Source: a virus. From it: a stretch of DNA of 64,000 bases. Below are positions 32,197 through 42,623 of the stretch, in pieces. The stretch's first letter is position 1. Every line of letters begins with the position of its first letter. The position numbers and the translations under genes were made by a program. The stretch lies in IMG/VR virus record IMGVR_UViG_3300023210_000013, positions 32,001-96,000 of that record; one strand, 5' to 3'. The notes beneath the pieces were generated by a model. It had not been told where the DNA came from, ran no database searches, and was given only the letters and a program-made list of their open reading frames with translations.

Positions 32197-35100
32197 TTAA
32201 TTATATATTACATCAACCCAAAACTGAGTAAAATTATTATCTTTTGATACAGCATGCATGAATGATGTATTTAATCCATCATACAACAATACAGAATTAT
32301 TTTTATTTAAAGAATCTACATTTGTATGACTTTCTCCATACAATTTATAAGTATTTATAAATCTAGAGTTTATTGAAGGTTGATTCCATTGAACAAAATG
32401 AGCGGTATTTAAAGACACAGAATATATATTTGCTACATCATTAGTTGGTATACCATAATCAATTGATGCTGTTAAAGGATCAGAATAAATACCATGTTTG
32501 ACAGCATATACTTTATAATGTATTTTACCTGATTGCGTAAATGAATCATCTATAACACTCATATTCTTTTCAAAATCTTCCTTAGAAAAAATTGATATTA
32601 AACCAAAACTATTTTCATTAACAGCACTGAATATTAAATATTCATCATTATCTTCTTCTGCTTGTTCAAAAGTTACATTTATAGTATCATTTACAACAGA
32701 TAGTATTAAGTTAATTGGTTTAGCAGGTTTAGCTATTCCTAAGTCTGCAGCTGTTAATACTCTAGTACCATGTGAGGTAAGAACCCCATCTGTCATATAA
32801 AGATTATCAATAATAGTAGCTCCACTTGTATTAATATCTGAGTCAGTACCTATTATTGTATTGAATGCTAGACTTGGTTTATTAAGTATTAAAGCATCAC
32901 CACTTGTTGCATTCCAATCTGCCTGAACATTTTGTTCAGCATTAACAGGAGCATAAGAAGTAGGAATGTTATCTGCTGTTACATCCCCTGAAACAATAAG
33001 ATTTGCATTTCCATTACTAGCAGGTTTTAAAACCATTGCATCATAAAGAGTACTTCCTGAAGGTGTAAATCTCCATCTCCACCAATCATTATTATTGTCA
33101 TCAGTTAAATTAAAATCAAAGTAAGTATGCGTACCATCTATGGTTGTTGTTATAGATGCAGCATCTGATGATTGTGCAGCAAATGTCAAGTTTGTAACTC
33201 CTGTTAATGAAGTATGGTTGTGAGCACTTGGTGCAAATGTAGTAGGCTTATTAAGTATAAACGCATCACCTGAAGCAGCACTCCAGTCTGATTGTACGTT
33301 TTTCTCAGCATCTGTAGGTGCATGAGTTGCTTCACTATGCGTATATGCAGCATCCCAGTTTGAATCTTTTCTTGTTCCTGCTCCTGTACCGGTTGCCGGT
33401 TTGGAATATATACCATCTTTATACATTAACTGACCATCAGCTAATATTACTGTTGTTGTTTCAGTACCTCCTATAGTAAAAGAATCTCCACCACCGTAAG
33501 AAGCACTATTTGAGTGACTATATTTAATATGTCCAATTTGAGAATCAGGGACATTAGTACTAAATGTAAGATTAGTAGGTTGACCATTTGTTACTGATCT
33601 TAAATTAAGTGCATCTCCATCTTTATTTATTGTTATAGCACCATCAAAACTTCCTCCATTTTTAGCAGAGACAAAATCTGTAGGAATAGTTCCTGTGGTA
33701 TATCCTGCATCAGCATGATTACCCCATCCATGTGCAGTTACACCATTAGCCACATCCGTAGTAGAAAAGTTATCTGTAGTATGAACTTGTGCCCAGTCTT
33801 CTTGCCAAGTACCACTTCTTTTATTTCTTATATGAAGCTCTCTTTTGTGAAAGTCTTCAAACATCTGAACTGCCCAATCTGATGAATCCCAATACTTGGT
33901 GGTTAATAAGCCATCTGATGCACCTACTGGATCATCTGTAGCACCACTTACATCCCATATGTGAATACCTGATTCCTTTATAGTGTCACCGTTTGCATTT
34001 AATCTAGGATTTAATTTTAAGTATCTTCCATCATGATCATGAGTAGAAGGATCAAATGTAGTTGGCTTGTCTTCTACTTCACTCCAAGTAGGTTTATGAC
34101 CTGTTGAAAACAATGCATTTCCATTATGTCTAAGTAAACTACCAGAATGTGTTGTAAAGGCTATACCATCTCCTATGTCATTTTGAGAACTAATCTCTAA
34201 TGTAGAACCAGCATGACCACCAACACCCACAGTATGTCTTATATATGCTCTATCAGATGGATCTGTAGTTCCTTCTTTATCAAAACCAGTAAAATCAATC
34301 ATTCTACTTTGATTGGTAGTAGTTGGATCACCTGTTAAAAGTATATTACCTTTTATACTAAGGTCACCGGTCATTGTATCACCTGTAATATTTACATAAT
34401 CAGAATCATGATTGTGATTTCCAGGAGCATAGTTTTGAGTTCCTACCCATACTTGTGTAGCTAAGTTTTCACCTGATGATTTAGGTAATGCTTGAAAGTT
34501 TACACTTCCACTATAATCCCAAGTCCAAGGATCTAATGTTTGACCACCAGAATAATTACTTAGTAAAAATAAACTCTTAAAAGGAAAATAATTATGAGAT
34601 ACATCAGTCCAATCAATGTCAATTTCAACACGCATCTTGTTTTTACCATCATGTAAAGAACTAGTTGTGTGCACGTTCATACCACGTTGGAAATTGGAAT
34701 AAGTCCATCTAGTCTTTTCATTCCAGATAGTTCCGTCAAACGTTTCTATTTTAACATCACATGTATGATTGCTTGTATCAGACCAAGTACTTTGTAAAAC
34801 AAACAAAGCTGTTGTTGGCCATCCACTACTTCTATTTATAACAAATCTAAAACGCTTATTTGCATGTTCTAAATTAAAACCGGTTTCTTCTCTACCATCA
34901 AATAAAACATCTAAACTTTGAGTCCATGCTTCCCAAGCACTTCCATTCCAAAATTCAACATCTGAATACTCCCTAAATCTAAAAGTATCAAAAACAGTAT
35001 TTTCAGTAAATAAACGTAAATAGTTTGCTTGATTGTAAGAATCATAAAATTGCTGTCCATCAGAAAAACTATGATACTTATGTCCTGCATATTCATAGCG

Positions 35101-35613
35101 TCCATCTAAATCAACTGTTTGATTTGTATTACCTGATACAGTAAGTGTTAGAACACCATTGCCTGTATTAAAACTTGCTCCTGATAGGTAATGATTTGTA
35201 TTTGTATTTGTATCAGTTGAAGAAATTGTAATTTTTCCTCCAGCACTGTAGCTGAGAGCCACATTATCTCCCGCAATGAAATCTAATGTGCCCTCAGACT
35301 GTACAGTAGTTTTTTGAACCCCATTTGTTTTAAGGTTAAAAGACTTATAATTATCATAATCATGTGTATGTCCAGATAAAGCATATCTATTATCCAAATC
35401 AACGGTTACATTATCTGATCCAGTAACGGTTCCTGTTAGAACTCCTGTTGCTGTATCAAAAGACAAAGCAGAAAGAAATTTATTACTTCCTGTTTGTTGT
35501 GTTGTCCAAGTAACCACACCATTTCCATCTGTAGTTAATACTTGATTGGCTGTACCATCAAGCATAGGGAGAACAAAATCTCCGTGTTTAAGATGTGATA
35601 ATTGTTGAATCAT
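32197..35613 (-). CDS. Long mosaic tail fibre protein (1138 aa)
   Basis: Internal repeats (SFDTATGVLT/SFNTGNGVLT...TVDLD; NVQSDW..SGDAFILNKP/NVQADW..SGDALILNKP), HxH motifs, FN3-like C-terminus. Confidence 0.7.
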   Translation of the reverse strand: MIQQLSHLKHGDFVLPMLDGTANQVLTTDGNGVVTWTTQQTGSNKFLSALSFDTATGVLTGTVTGSDNVTVDLDNRYALSGHTHDYDNYKSFNLKTNGVQKTTVQSEGTLDFIAGDNVALSYSAGGKITISSTDTNTNTNHYLSGASFNTGNGVLTLTVSGNTNQTVDLDGRYEYAGHKYHSFSDGQQFYDSYNQANYLRLFTENTVFDTFRFREYSDVEFWNGSAWEAWTQSLDVLFDGREETGFNLEHANKRFRFVINRSSGWPTTALFVLQSTWSDTSNHTCDVKIETFDGTIWNEKTRWTYSNFQRGMNVHTTSSLHDGKNKMRVEIDIDWTDVSHNYFPFKSLFLLSNYSGGQTLDPWTWDYSGSVNFQALPKSSGENLATQVWVGTQNYAPGNHNHDSDYVNITGDTMTGDLSIKGNILLTGDPTTTNQSRMIDFTGFDKEGTTDPSDRAYIRHTVGVGGHAGSTLEISSQNDIGDGIAFTTHSGSLLRHNGNALFSTGHKPTWSEVEDKPTTFDPSTHDHDGRYLKLNPRLNANGDTIKESGIHIWDVSGATDDPVGASDGLLTTKYWDSSDWAVQMFEDFHKRELHIRNKRSGTWQEDWAQVHTTDNFSTTDVANGVTAHGWGNHADAGYTTGTIPTDFVSAKNGGSFDGAITINKDGDALNLRSVTNGQPTNLTFSTNVPDSQIGHIKYSHSNSASYGGGDSFTIGGTETTTVILADGQLMYKDGIYSKPATGTGAGTRKDSNWDAAYTHSEATHAPTDAEKNVQSDWSAASGDAFILNKPTTFAPSAHNHTSLTGVTNLTFAAQSSDAASITTTIDGTHTYFDFNLTDDNNNDWWRWRFTPSGSTLYDAMVLKPASNGNANLIVSGDVTADNIPTSYAPVNAEQNVQADWNATSGDALILNKPSLAFNTIIGTDSDINTSGATIIDNLYMTDGVLTSHGTRVLTAADLGIAKPAKPINLILSVVNDTINVTFEQAEEDNDEYLIFSAVNENSFGLISIFSKEDFEKNMSVIDDSFTQSGKIHYKVYAVKHGIYSDPLTASIDYGIPTNDVANIYSVSLNTAHFVQWNQPSINSRFINTYKLYGESHTNVDSLNKNNSVLLYDGLNTSFMHAVSKDNNFTQFWVDVIYN

Positions 35614-35642
35614 GATTAAAATTTATAATTACACTTTTTTAC

Positions 35643-37532
35643 TTATGATATTTTAATAACTGCAACTTGTAAATCAAATGGAGATGGTTTATCTAACATA
35701 AGTGTTAGAGTATTTACATCTGTTTGTACCATTGCAACAGAAAGCATTTCTTTTGTTTTAGCATTCCAAACTTGAGCAATTATACACTCAGCATCTAATT
35801 GATGGTCAACAATGTATTCAGTTTCACCTGCAGTAAAATCTTTACAAAATCTTACAGCAGCCTGTCTAGCTGCAACTAAATCACTAGCACCTTTAGGAGT
35901 TACCGTTCTTCCAGTATCTGTTCCTGTAATTGTTTCAGCACTTGTTGCTAACTCAGCAATACCAGGATTAGTTACACTTGCAGTTTCAGCTGTTACCGTA
36001 ACAGTAGCACCTTCTCCACCCGCACTAACGTCTATACCTGCACCTGCAGAAATAGTCTTAACGTAATCTCCTGTAGTATCTGTACCAAGGGCAACAGAGT
36101 TAGGAGCTACACCAGATGCAGTAACAGTTGCTGTAAGAGTTACATCTTGACTACCATCAATAGATACAGAACCAGTAGCATCTCCAGCTAAAGTAATTGT
36201 TCTTGCAGTTGCCCATATTGAAGCAGTATCAGCGTTTCCTTCTAAATCACCAATAAATGCATTAGCGCGTACATCATAAGAAGCACCAAAGTCCCATCTA
36301 TCTCCAGATTCATCCCATAGTAAACTTACATTTGGAGAAGTACCACGTTCAACTTCAAAACCTGAGTTTTGAGAAGGAACACCTACTTCATTAGCATTAA
36401 GTTTAATAATAGCATCACCAATATTAACTTCAGTTGAATCAACTTGTGTAACCGTTCCTTTAACAGTTAAGTTACCTGCAACAACAACGGTAGATAAAGC
36501 TCCACCAAGTGTTAATTTATTAGCTCCTATAGAAGAAGCTATAGCAGCATCAGCTGCAGTAAAATCTAAACCAGTAAGCCCAGCAATAGAAGTTGAAGTA
36601 CCACCTAAAGCAACAGTAGTACTACCGTATGTAACACTGCTATTGGCAAGTGAACTATTAGGTACATTTGAAAGACCTAATGCAATAGTACCATTAGTAG
36701 TAATTGGTGAACCTGAATCCACATCAATACCATCTGATCCTGTAACTGCTACAGAAGTAACACCTGTAAATGCATTAAAAGGTAAATCACTTACACTATA
36801 ATACTCAGCTGCTGATGCATCATCAGATACAAGAATTTTCCAATCATCTTTAATAGTAACTCCTGTCTTATCTGCAGTTGCTAAAATAACGTTATCAGTT
36901 CCAGCATAATCAACATTAATTGTAATTGTATCACCTAGTGATACTGCACCTCCATCTTGTAGACCAGCACCTGCGGTAACAGTTACTGCGCTATTAGCAA
37001 GAGAGCTATTTGGAACATTACTTAAACCAAGAGCAATAACACCACTTACTGTAACAGGACTATCAGCAACAGTTATTCCACCAGTACCACTAACTCCAAT
37101 ACTTGTTACAGTACCTAAGTTATCAGTAAATGGTAAATCACCAACGTATGCATGCTTTACATCATCAGTAGCCCCATCACTATAAATAATAAAGTCTCCT
37201 GTTTCTATTGCAGCACCTGAGTCATCAGTAGCTGCTAATATAAAGTTATCAGTTCCTGCATAGTCTACGTTTAAAGTAACAGCACCTTGAGTACCACCAC
37301 CTGTTAAACCCACACCTGCTGAAACGGCTGTAATATCCCCTGCTGCATTTACCCATGCGGTTCCATTCCAGATCTCTAAAGCTTTATCTGTGCTATTGTA
37401 AATAATTTGCCCTTCTACTGGTGTAGCGGGTCTTGTTGCAGTTGTTAATGGATGAATTACAGCATTCTGCAATTCATTTTGCTGCAAGTCAATGTTTAAC
37501 GTCTCTAAATGAGACAAATACTTAATTGCCAT
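35643..37532 (-). CDS. Tail fibre protein (629 aa)
   Basis: G/T/V/S-rich shaft repeats (AGxGLxxGG...NVDYAGTDN x2; IALGLSNVPNSSLANS x2) and WATARTITLAGDATGSVSIDGSQDVTL motif. Confidence 0.7.
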   Translation of the reverse strand: MAIKYLSHLETLNIDLQQNELQNAVIHPLTTATRPATPVEGQIIYNSTDKALEIWNGTAWVNAAGDITAVSAGVGLTGGGTQGAVTLNVDYAGTDNFILAATDDSGAAIETGDFIIYSDGATDDVKHAYVGDLPFTDNLGTVTSIGVSGTGGITVADSPVTVSGVIALGLSNVPNSSLANSAVTVTAGAGLQDGGAVSLGDTITINVDYAGTDNVILATADKTGVTIKDDWKILVSDDASAAEYYSVSDLPFNAFTGVTSVAVTGSDGIDVDSGSPITTNGTIALGLSNVPNSSLANSSVTYGSTTVALGGTSTSIAGLTGLDFTAADAAIASSIGANKLTLGGALSTVVVAGNLTVKGTVTQVDSTEVNIGDAIIKLNANEVGVPSQNSGFEVERGTSPNVSLLWDESGDRWDFGASYDVRANAFIGDLEGNADTASIWATARTITLAGDATGSVSIDGSQDVTLTATVTASGVAPNSVALGTDTTGDYVKTISAGAGIDVSAGGEGATVTVTAETASVTNPGIAELATSAETITGTDTGRTVTPKGASDLVAARQAAVRFCKDFTAGETEYIVDHQLDAECIIAQVWNAKTKEMLSVAMVQTDVNTLTLMLDKPSPFDLQVAVIKIS

Positions 37533-37560
37533 AATTGTTTTTTTTATTATTATTTTTTTT

Positions 37561-38118
37561 TTAACTTAGATATGCTGTTCCAGCTACAGGTACATCAAAA
37601 TTAACTTTCATATTGTTTACATCAATATTAGTTACTTGACCATTTATATCTGTGCCATCTGGCATTTCCATTCTTATATTAGGATACTTGTCTAAATTGT
37701 GTTCTATTATCCATTCTGTTGAATCTGTTTCTTGAGTAAATACAAAACCATCAACTACTTTATTATTTAATTCTCTTTGAATTTCTTTTATAGATGTTAG
37801 TATATTTTCTAGTACAGAGTTATCTGGACAGTATGTTACAGAAGGACAGGAAGCACTACTTGTATGAGATACTTTTGGTTGATCTACATATGGAGTACTT
37901 GTTAAGTACCCAACATTTTCATTAACCGTAACTCCAACACAAGAAGTTTCACATTTAAGTTTGCTTTGCCAATCACACAATTCTTTTTCTAAAGCAGCTG
38001 CCTCAGCATCTACAACACAACATGGTATCATACCATAGCGTAAAGCCACAAAATTTTTATATGTGGCTGTAGCAAACTTTTTTTGTATTTGTATTTCTTT
38101 AATTAAGGCAGTGTCCAT
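37561..38118 (-). CDS. Putative tail hub/fibre-attachment protein
   Basis: WIIEHNLDKYP C-terminal domain resembles the C-terminus of the adjacent fibre (YIVDHQLD); synteny. Confidence 0.4.
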   Translation of the reverse strand: MDTALIKEIQIQKKFATATYKNFVALRYGMIPCCVVDAEAAALEKELCDWQSKLKCETSCVGVTVNENVGYLTSTPYVDQPKVSHTSSASCPSVTYCPDNSVLENILTSIKEIQRELNNKVVDGFVFTQETDSTEWIIEHNLDKYPNIRMEMPDGTDINGQVTNIDVNNMKVNFDVPVAGTAYLS

Positions 38119-38120
38119 CT

Positions 38121-38249
38121 TTATTTTTTAACTGTGTTCTTTTCTGTTTCGTATGCAGTTTTACATGTCTTATGAACTATAGCACCATCTGATGCTTTTG
38201 CTTTTTGACAACCACATGAAAACGCTTTGTTACATTTTACGCAAGTCAT
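38121..38249 (-). CDS. 42-aa putative zinc-binding microprotein
   Basis: Hand-translated as MTCVKCNKAFSCGCQKAKASDGAIVHKTCKTAYETEKNTVKK; fills the intergenic gap. Confidence 0.55.
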   Translation of the reverse strand: MTCVKCNKAFSCGCQKAKASDGAIVHKTCKTAYETEKNTVKK

Positions 38250-38267
38250 AATTTTGGTTTATTTATA

Positions 38268-38819
38268 TTAACACCCTACTGTTTTGCAAGATATTTTTTG
38301 TAATCTTTTTTTAGCATAATCATATAAAGCCATTCCTTCTTTAGGGCTATTACAATATTCTACTTTAGCAACAGCTGCATCTACTAAAGTTCTTATATAC
38401 TTCATTTCATCAATAAGATCTTTTCTTTCACTATGAGGTTCACAATCTTTAACATCTATGTGACATAGTGTTTCATAGTATAAAGTAAGTAAAGTAGTAA
38501 CACGTAAATGATTATATTCAACGTAGACCTTTTCTACTGGAGCTACACTATATTTAATAATATAGATACCATCAGACAAAGGAGTTCTAGATGAACCACA
38601 GTTTTCTGTTTGAACAGCTAGTTGGCATCCGTTAAGATGCAGGTTAAAGTTTGTATCAACTTTAATTAAAACAGGTACGTTATACCCCGGAGATGTAATT
38701 AAAAGTTCACCGCAGTCTATATCAAGTATTTCAGAATACTGACTAGTATCTCTAACGCTTAATATCTCTCTATTAGATACTGTAGGAACTTCTAAACTTA
38801 ATATATGCTTATCAGCCAT
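38268..38819 (-). CDS. Putative tail hub/structural protein (183 aa)
   Basis: LSDGIYIIKYSV motif; follows the auxiliary capsid-like gene. Confidence 0.4.
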   Translation of the reverse strand: MADKHILSLEVPTVSNREILSVRDTSQYSEILDIDCGELLITSPGYNVPVLIKVDTNFNLHLNGCQLAVQTENCGSSRTPLSDGIYIIKYSVAPVEKVYVEYNHLRVTTLLTLYYETLCHIDVKDCEPHSERKDLIDEMKYIRTLVDAAVAKVEYCNSPKEGMALYDYAKKRLQKISCKTVGC

Positions 38820-38888
38820 GATTATTGTATTTTTTGTAATTACTGTACTACATAGATAATATACAAAAAAACCTTCAGATTAGGAAAT

Positions 38889-38920
38889 AAAAAAGGTGAA
38901 GAATTTCTTCCTCACCTTTT
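38889..38920 (-). terminator. Intrinsic terminator
   Basis: Minus strand reads AAAGGTGAGGAA-GAAA-TTCTTCACCTTTTTT. Confidence 0.75.
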
Positions 38921-38943
38921 AAATTATTTAGATTTTATTAATC

Positions 38944-40167
38944 CTATTGATCAATAGAGTCTTCTCTAACTATTGGATTACCTGATGCAGTTGCAGCAGC
39001 AATCAATATATCTAGTAAAGCTTCTACCTCACCTTGTGTAACTGTATCATCACACTTAACAAAAATCTCATAAACATATTGATCATTATCAAATACGCTT
39101 GATGCATTGTTTAAACGTGGGATACTATGTTGTACATAGTAAGTTTTGTATAAAGCACTACGGTCTACAGCAGAAAGAACTTCTTCAGAACCTTCAATCT
39201 CACGCATACGTGCAGAGTCTGCATTACCTTGATGGTAAGGAGCCTGAGCATAAGATTCAGTTAATAGTAAGTTTCTTAGTACACCTTCACCAGTTTTTTG
39301 TTCCATTGTTCCTGGAGTAGTAACTACTGTTCCACAGTCATTACATGGGTTTCCAGTTTCATCTAAAACAGATGCAATCAATTGTACAGGTTCTTTACCA
39401 AAGTAATCTCTTGTATCAAAAGAAGCATTTCCAAATTTAGTGTCTACGTAAGAACCTTCTAATTTAAGTTTAGCTGATACTACATCAGTAACTGGATCTG
39501 TTGAAGCAACATAGTTACCAGAAGCAGCAAGACCTAAAGCTTGTTCAATTGTAAATGTAGCAGTTACTACAGATCCTGAAGCACTAGTTGTAATTTCAAC
39601 ACCACCTGCAGAAGCTTCTTTTACGAAAGGTTCAAGGATTGGGTCAGCCAATAACATTTTTCCAGCAGTAGCAATTGCTAAAGCAGGATCAGTAAATTCT
39701 TGACCATCAATACAACATACACCAGCAGAATCACCAATACCATAAGCATTACGGTTTAGGAAACGTAGAGCTGGAGCTCCTTTAACATCTAATCTCAAAA
39801 ATAGAGAAGATCCACAAGGAGAACATTTAGGACCAACTTCTACTTCAACAGTAGCTGCAGTTGCAGATACACAAGTAGATTCCCATACTCTTGTCAAGTA
39901 ACGTGGATTGATTCCTTTAGATTTAACAGATTCAGCGTAACCACCGTGGTTTTTGTTACCAGCAATAGTATCACTTGCATGTAAAGATCCTTGAACTAGA
40001 TAAGCAAGTCCAGGAGCTGGAAAAGCACCAGTTGCGTGAGCAGTCCAGTCTTTACCATCAACTAATGCTAATTGGCCAGCAGCCAACGCAGAAGTTTTTG
40101 TTCCATCAGCAGCAGAAGCATCTGTTGCTAAAAAGCTTTTGTAAAAAGCATGATTAAAATAAGCCAT
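38944..40167 (-). CDS. Abundant structural protein, possibly auxiliary capsid protein (407 aa)
   Basis: Has its own upstream late motif and downstream terminator. Ala/Val/Thr-rich; position matches crAss synteny. Confidence 0.5.
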   Translation of the reverse strand: MAYFNHAFYKSFLATDASAADGTKTSALAAGQLALVDGKDWTAHATGAFPAPGLAYLVQGSLHASDTIAGNKNHGGYAESVKSKGINPRYLTRVWESTCVSATAATVEVEVGPKCSPCGSSLFLRLDVKGAPALRFLNRNAYGIGDSAGVCCIDGQEFTDPALAIATAGKMLLADPILEPFVKEASAGGVEITTSASGSVVTATFTIEQALGLAASGNYVASTDPVTDVVSAKLKLEGSYVDTKFGNASFDTRDYFGKEPVQLIASVLDETGNPCNDCGTVVTTPGTMEQKTGEGVLRNLLLTESYAQAPYHQGNADSARMREIEGSEEVLSAVDRSALYKTYYVQHSIPRLNNASSVFDNDQYVYEIFVKCDDTVTQGEVEALLDILIAAATASGNPIVREDSIDQ

Positions 40168-40248
40168 TGTTTTTCAAATTTAATTGTTTATAAATAAAAG
40201 TTTGTGCTTTGTGCACATATATAATATACTAAAATATTATCAAATATA

Positions 40249-40722
40249 CTAAGCTAAGAACAATAATTTGTACTTAGCTGCATTTATAGAGTCTTTAATA
40301 AGATCTATATTGCTTACTACTTCAGAATGAGGCATAACTTCTTGCAATTCATATGCTTGGTTTGACAACGCTCTTAAGTATGAAATTGCACCTTCTACAC
40401 TTTCTAATGTAACAGGAGCTTTTTCTGGGTAACGTAAGATGACTTCACAGGCACCTTGATAACCTTCTGCAACAACATCAATTTGTTCTGGTAAAGCATC
40501 ATATATTTCATTGAGTGCTTTGTGTTGTGCAAATGATCCTACACCTGTTACTTGAAGGTGTAGTTTATGAAGACTAGTTCTAGCATTCATTATTTCTACT
40601 ACAAAATCTCCAGTTAAGCCATCCACCATTTTCATGTTGTCAGATCTTACTGAAGCAGATACTTTAGTTCCTGGTCTAGAAAGTCCTTTTGCTTTTGCTT
40701 TAAGTGGTTTTTTATAATCCAT
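40249..40722 (-). CDS. Dps/ferritin-like protein
   Basis: LHKLHLQVTGVGSFAQHKALNEIYDAL...DVVAEGYQG matches the Dps H-x11-D-x(~10)-D-x3-E ferroxidase spacing. Lys-rich N-terminal tail. Confidence 0.7.
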   Translation of the reverse strand: MDYKKPLKAKAKGLSRPGTKVSASVRSDNMKMVDGLTGDFVVEIMNARTSLHKLHLQVTGVGSFAQHKALNEIYDALPEQIDVVAEGYQGACEVILRYPEKAPVTLESVEGAISYLRALSNQAYELQEVMPHSEVVSNIDLIKDSINAAKYKLLFLA

Positions 40723-41423
40723 TAATTATTTCTTTCTGCTGTTTGCTGGTTTGTTTGATATTGATTAAAGTTTTCTATATCTCCTGCAATTAATGATGCA
40801 GTCTCATCTAGTAAAACTTCTACTACGTCATCCTTAAATTCACTTTCAACATTTACTGTTGAAGCAGTTCCATCATAGGGATTTTGACAACCCGCAATCT
40901 GTATAAGAACGGGTTGTCTATAATATGTTAACACAACTTCTGTTATATCAAACTCTCTTTTATATACTCTAACTTTATTATCTATCCATGTGCAGAATGT
41001 TTCTCCCCATTCATAGTCAGGACGTTTTAAAGGATCTCTAAGTATTAAATCAACATTAGCTTCTTCTGATAGATATACGGTCATAGATCTAGGATCAGGA
41101 CAACACTTGCTTGTAGCAAATGCTGTAATTCTCTTATACTCCATGTAGTCAGCTGGAATTGTAGTACTTTCAAAATAAGTAGGTTCTGCTGAACCAGTTA
41201 AAGGGATTTCTTTTAAAAGAAGTTGTAAATCATCAATTCTTCTTTTAGACATTTCATCACCTTCCTTATAAAGATTGTTACCATGCAATTGCCGTCTAAC
41301 CCATTCTACCTGAGCTTTGTTAAATGCCTCTACTATTTGCCAGCATTCTATGTTATCATAGTCATTACTAGCAAGTTTATTAAGTCTTTGCTTGAGTTTA
41401 ATTTGTAGAGTTTGATTGTTCAT
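40722..41423 (-). CDS. Tail ring/head-tail connector protein (233 aa)
   Basis: AFNKAQ, IPADYM and LTYYRQP motifs; synteny after the capsid genes. Confidence 0.55.
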   Translation of the reverse strand: MNNQTLQIKLKQRLNKLASNDYDNIECWQIVEAFNKAQVEWVRRQLHGNNLYKEGDEMSKRRIDDLQLLLKEIPLTGSAEPTYFESTTIPADYMEYKRITAFATSKCCPDPRSMTVYLSEEANVDLILRDPLKRPDYEWGETFCTWIDNKVRVYKREFDITEVVLTYYRQPVLIQIAGCQNPYDGTASTVNVESEFKDDVVEVLLDETASLIAGDIENFNQYQTNQQTAERNN

Positions 41424-41433
41424 TATTTATTTA

Positions 41434-42450
41434 TTAAGCGTTCCAATATGGTTCAACCTTAGCCATTAAAGCTAACAACGTATCTTCATTACTTGGACTC
41501 TTTAAATATTCCATAACTTCAGCAGGTCTTTTACCTAGCTTTTCAGAACTATCTAATAACTCAATCCAACCAGAAGCCTTAGTAACAAGGAACCTATAAT
41601 ATAATGAGTCTTTAGTTAAAGCTCTGATTTTCAAGTCTTCCATTGAAGATTTGGCAGCTTCTATAAATCCTTCAGCAGCTCTTTTCTTGTTAGACTCAGG
41701 ACCATTTCCATTAATAAATGAATCCATGTTTTCATACATGATATCATTTGGTGTGGACTTAGTATACTGAACACTATCAATATCAACAGCTTTTGCTACA
41801 TACATTAATTTAGTTGTGTCCTTATCATATAGCTTTTGTAATTCAACTAAAGCTCTATTTCTAAGTTTTGTATATGTTGTTCTTTCACTAATTGTTTCTT
41901 GCAATTGATCCAAATAAAACTTTGGTGCATTCACTGCTTTCTTTGCTTCCTTTAAAGACCTTGCTACAATAGAAAATCCTCCTGCATTAATTGCATAAAG
42001 TTTTACTAAATCATAAGGATCCTTTTGTGGATCTAAAAATACAGGCTCATTACCGCATCTTATACTAATTCTAGACCAAAATTTATCATTGTCTGGTTTT
42101 AGTAATGTTACTTTATTCCAAAAATCTTTATCATCTACATCTAATACATTAGATGCAAGTTCTGCTTCCAGTTGTGCAACTGTAGCTCTAATCTCTTTTA
42201 TTTTTTCTGCTTTCTCTCCTGGAGGTAGCATCTTTACGTCAGGGGCAAATTCATTTAACCCTGTAACGTATCTCTTAACACCGTTAAGTTCAAGACAAGC
42301 TAGGCTTTCTTCATGCCATACTCCATCATGAAGTGACATTCCATAATTTTCTAAACCCATGTTTTGTTTGCTTTCATTAAAGAAAGGCCTAACAGCCATG
42401 GTCTCATTTTTTCCTTGTTGGTACTTTTCTACAATTGTGTAACTACTCAT
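41434..42450 (-). CDS. Conserved capsid-module protein (338 aa)
   Basis: Directly downstream of the MCP, as in crAss-like phages. Function unknown. Confidence 0.45.
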   Translation of the reverse strand: MSSYTIVEKYQQGKNETMAVRPFFNESKQNMGLENYGMSLHDGVWHEESLACLELNGVKRYVTGLNEFAPDVKMLPPGEKAEKIKEIRATVAQLEAELASNVLDVDDKDFWNKVTLLKPDNDKFWSRISIRCGNEPVFLDPQKDPYDLVKLYAINAGGFSIVARSLKEAKKAVNAPKFYLDQLQETISERTTYTKLRNRALVELQKLYDKDTTKLMYVAKAVDIDSVQYTKSTPNDIMYENMDSFINGNGPESNKKRAAEGFIEAAKSSMEDLKIRALTKDSLYYRFLVTKASGWIELLDSSEKLGKRPAEVMEYLKSPSNEDTLLALMAKVEPYWNA

Positions 42451-42577
42451 TTACTTTGGTTTTAAAAATTAATAACTATTATGTTGGTCTCAAAAGTACA
42501 AAATTATGTACATTATTATTAATATTTCTATAGTCAAGTTTAACCTTGACTGTAGTTATTTGAGCTAAATAACATAA

Positions 42578-42610
42578 TAAAGGGAGGCAATTTATCACCG
42601 CCCCCCTTAA
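42578..42610 (-). terminator. Terminator after major capsid gene
   Basis: Minus strand reads AAGGGGGGCG-loop-TGCCTCCCTTT. Confidence 0.65.
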
Positions 42611-42623
42611 TTATTAAGTATGT

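Noticed and set aside
25704-37532. Diversity-generating retroelement or invertase-driven fibre switching
   Set aside because: No reverse transcriptase, recombinase, adenine-variable repeat pair or inverted cassette was seen in the window.
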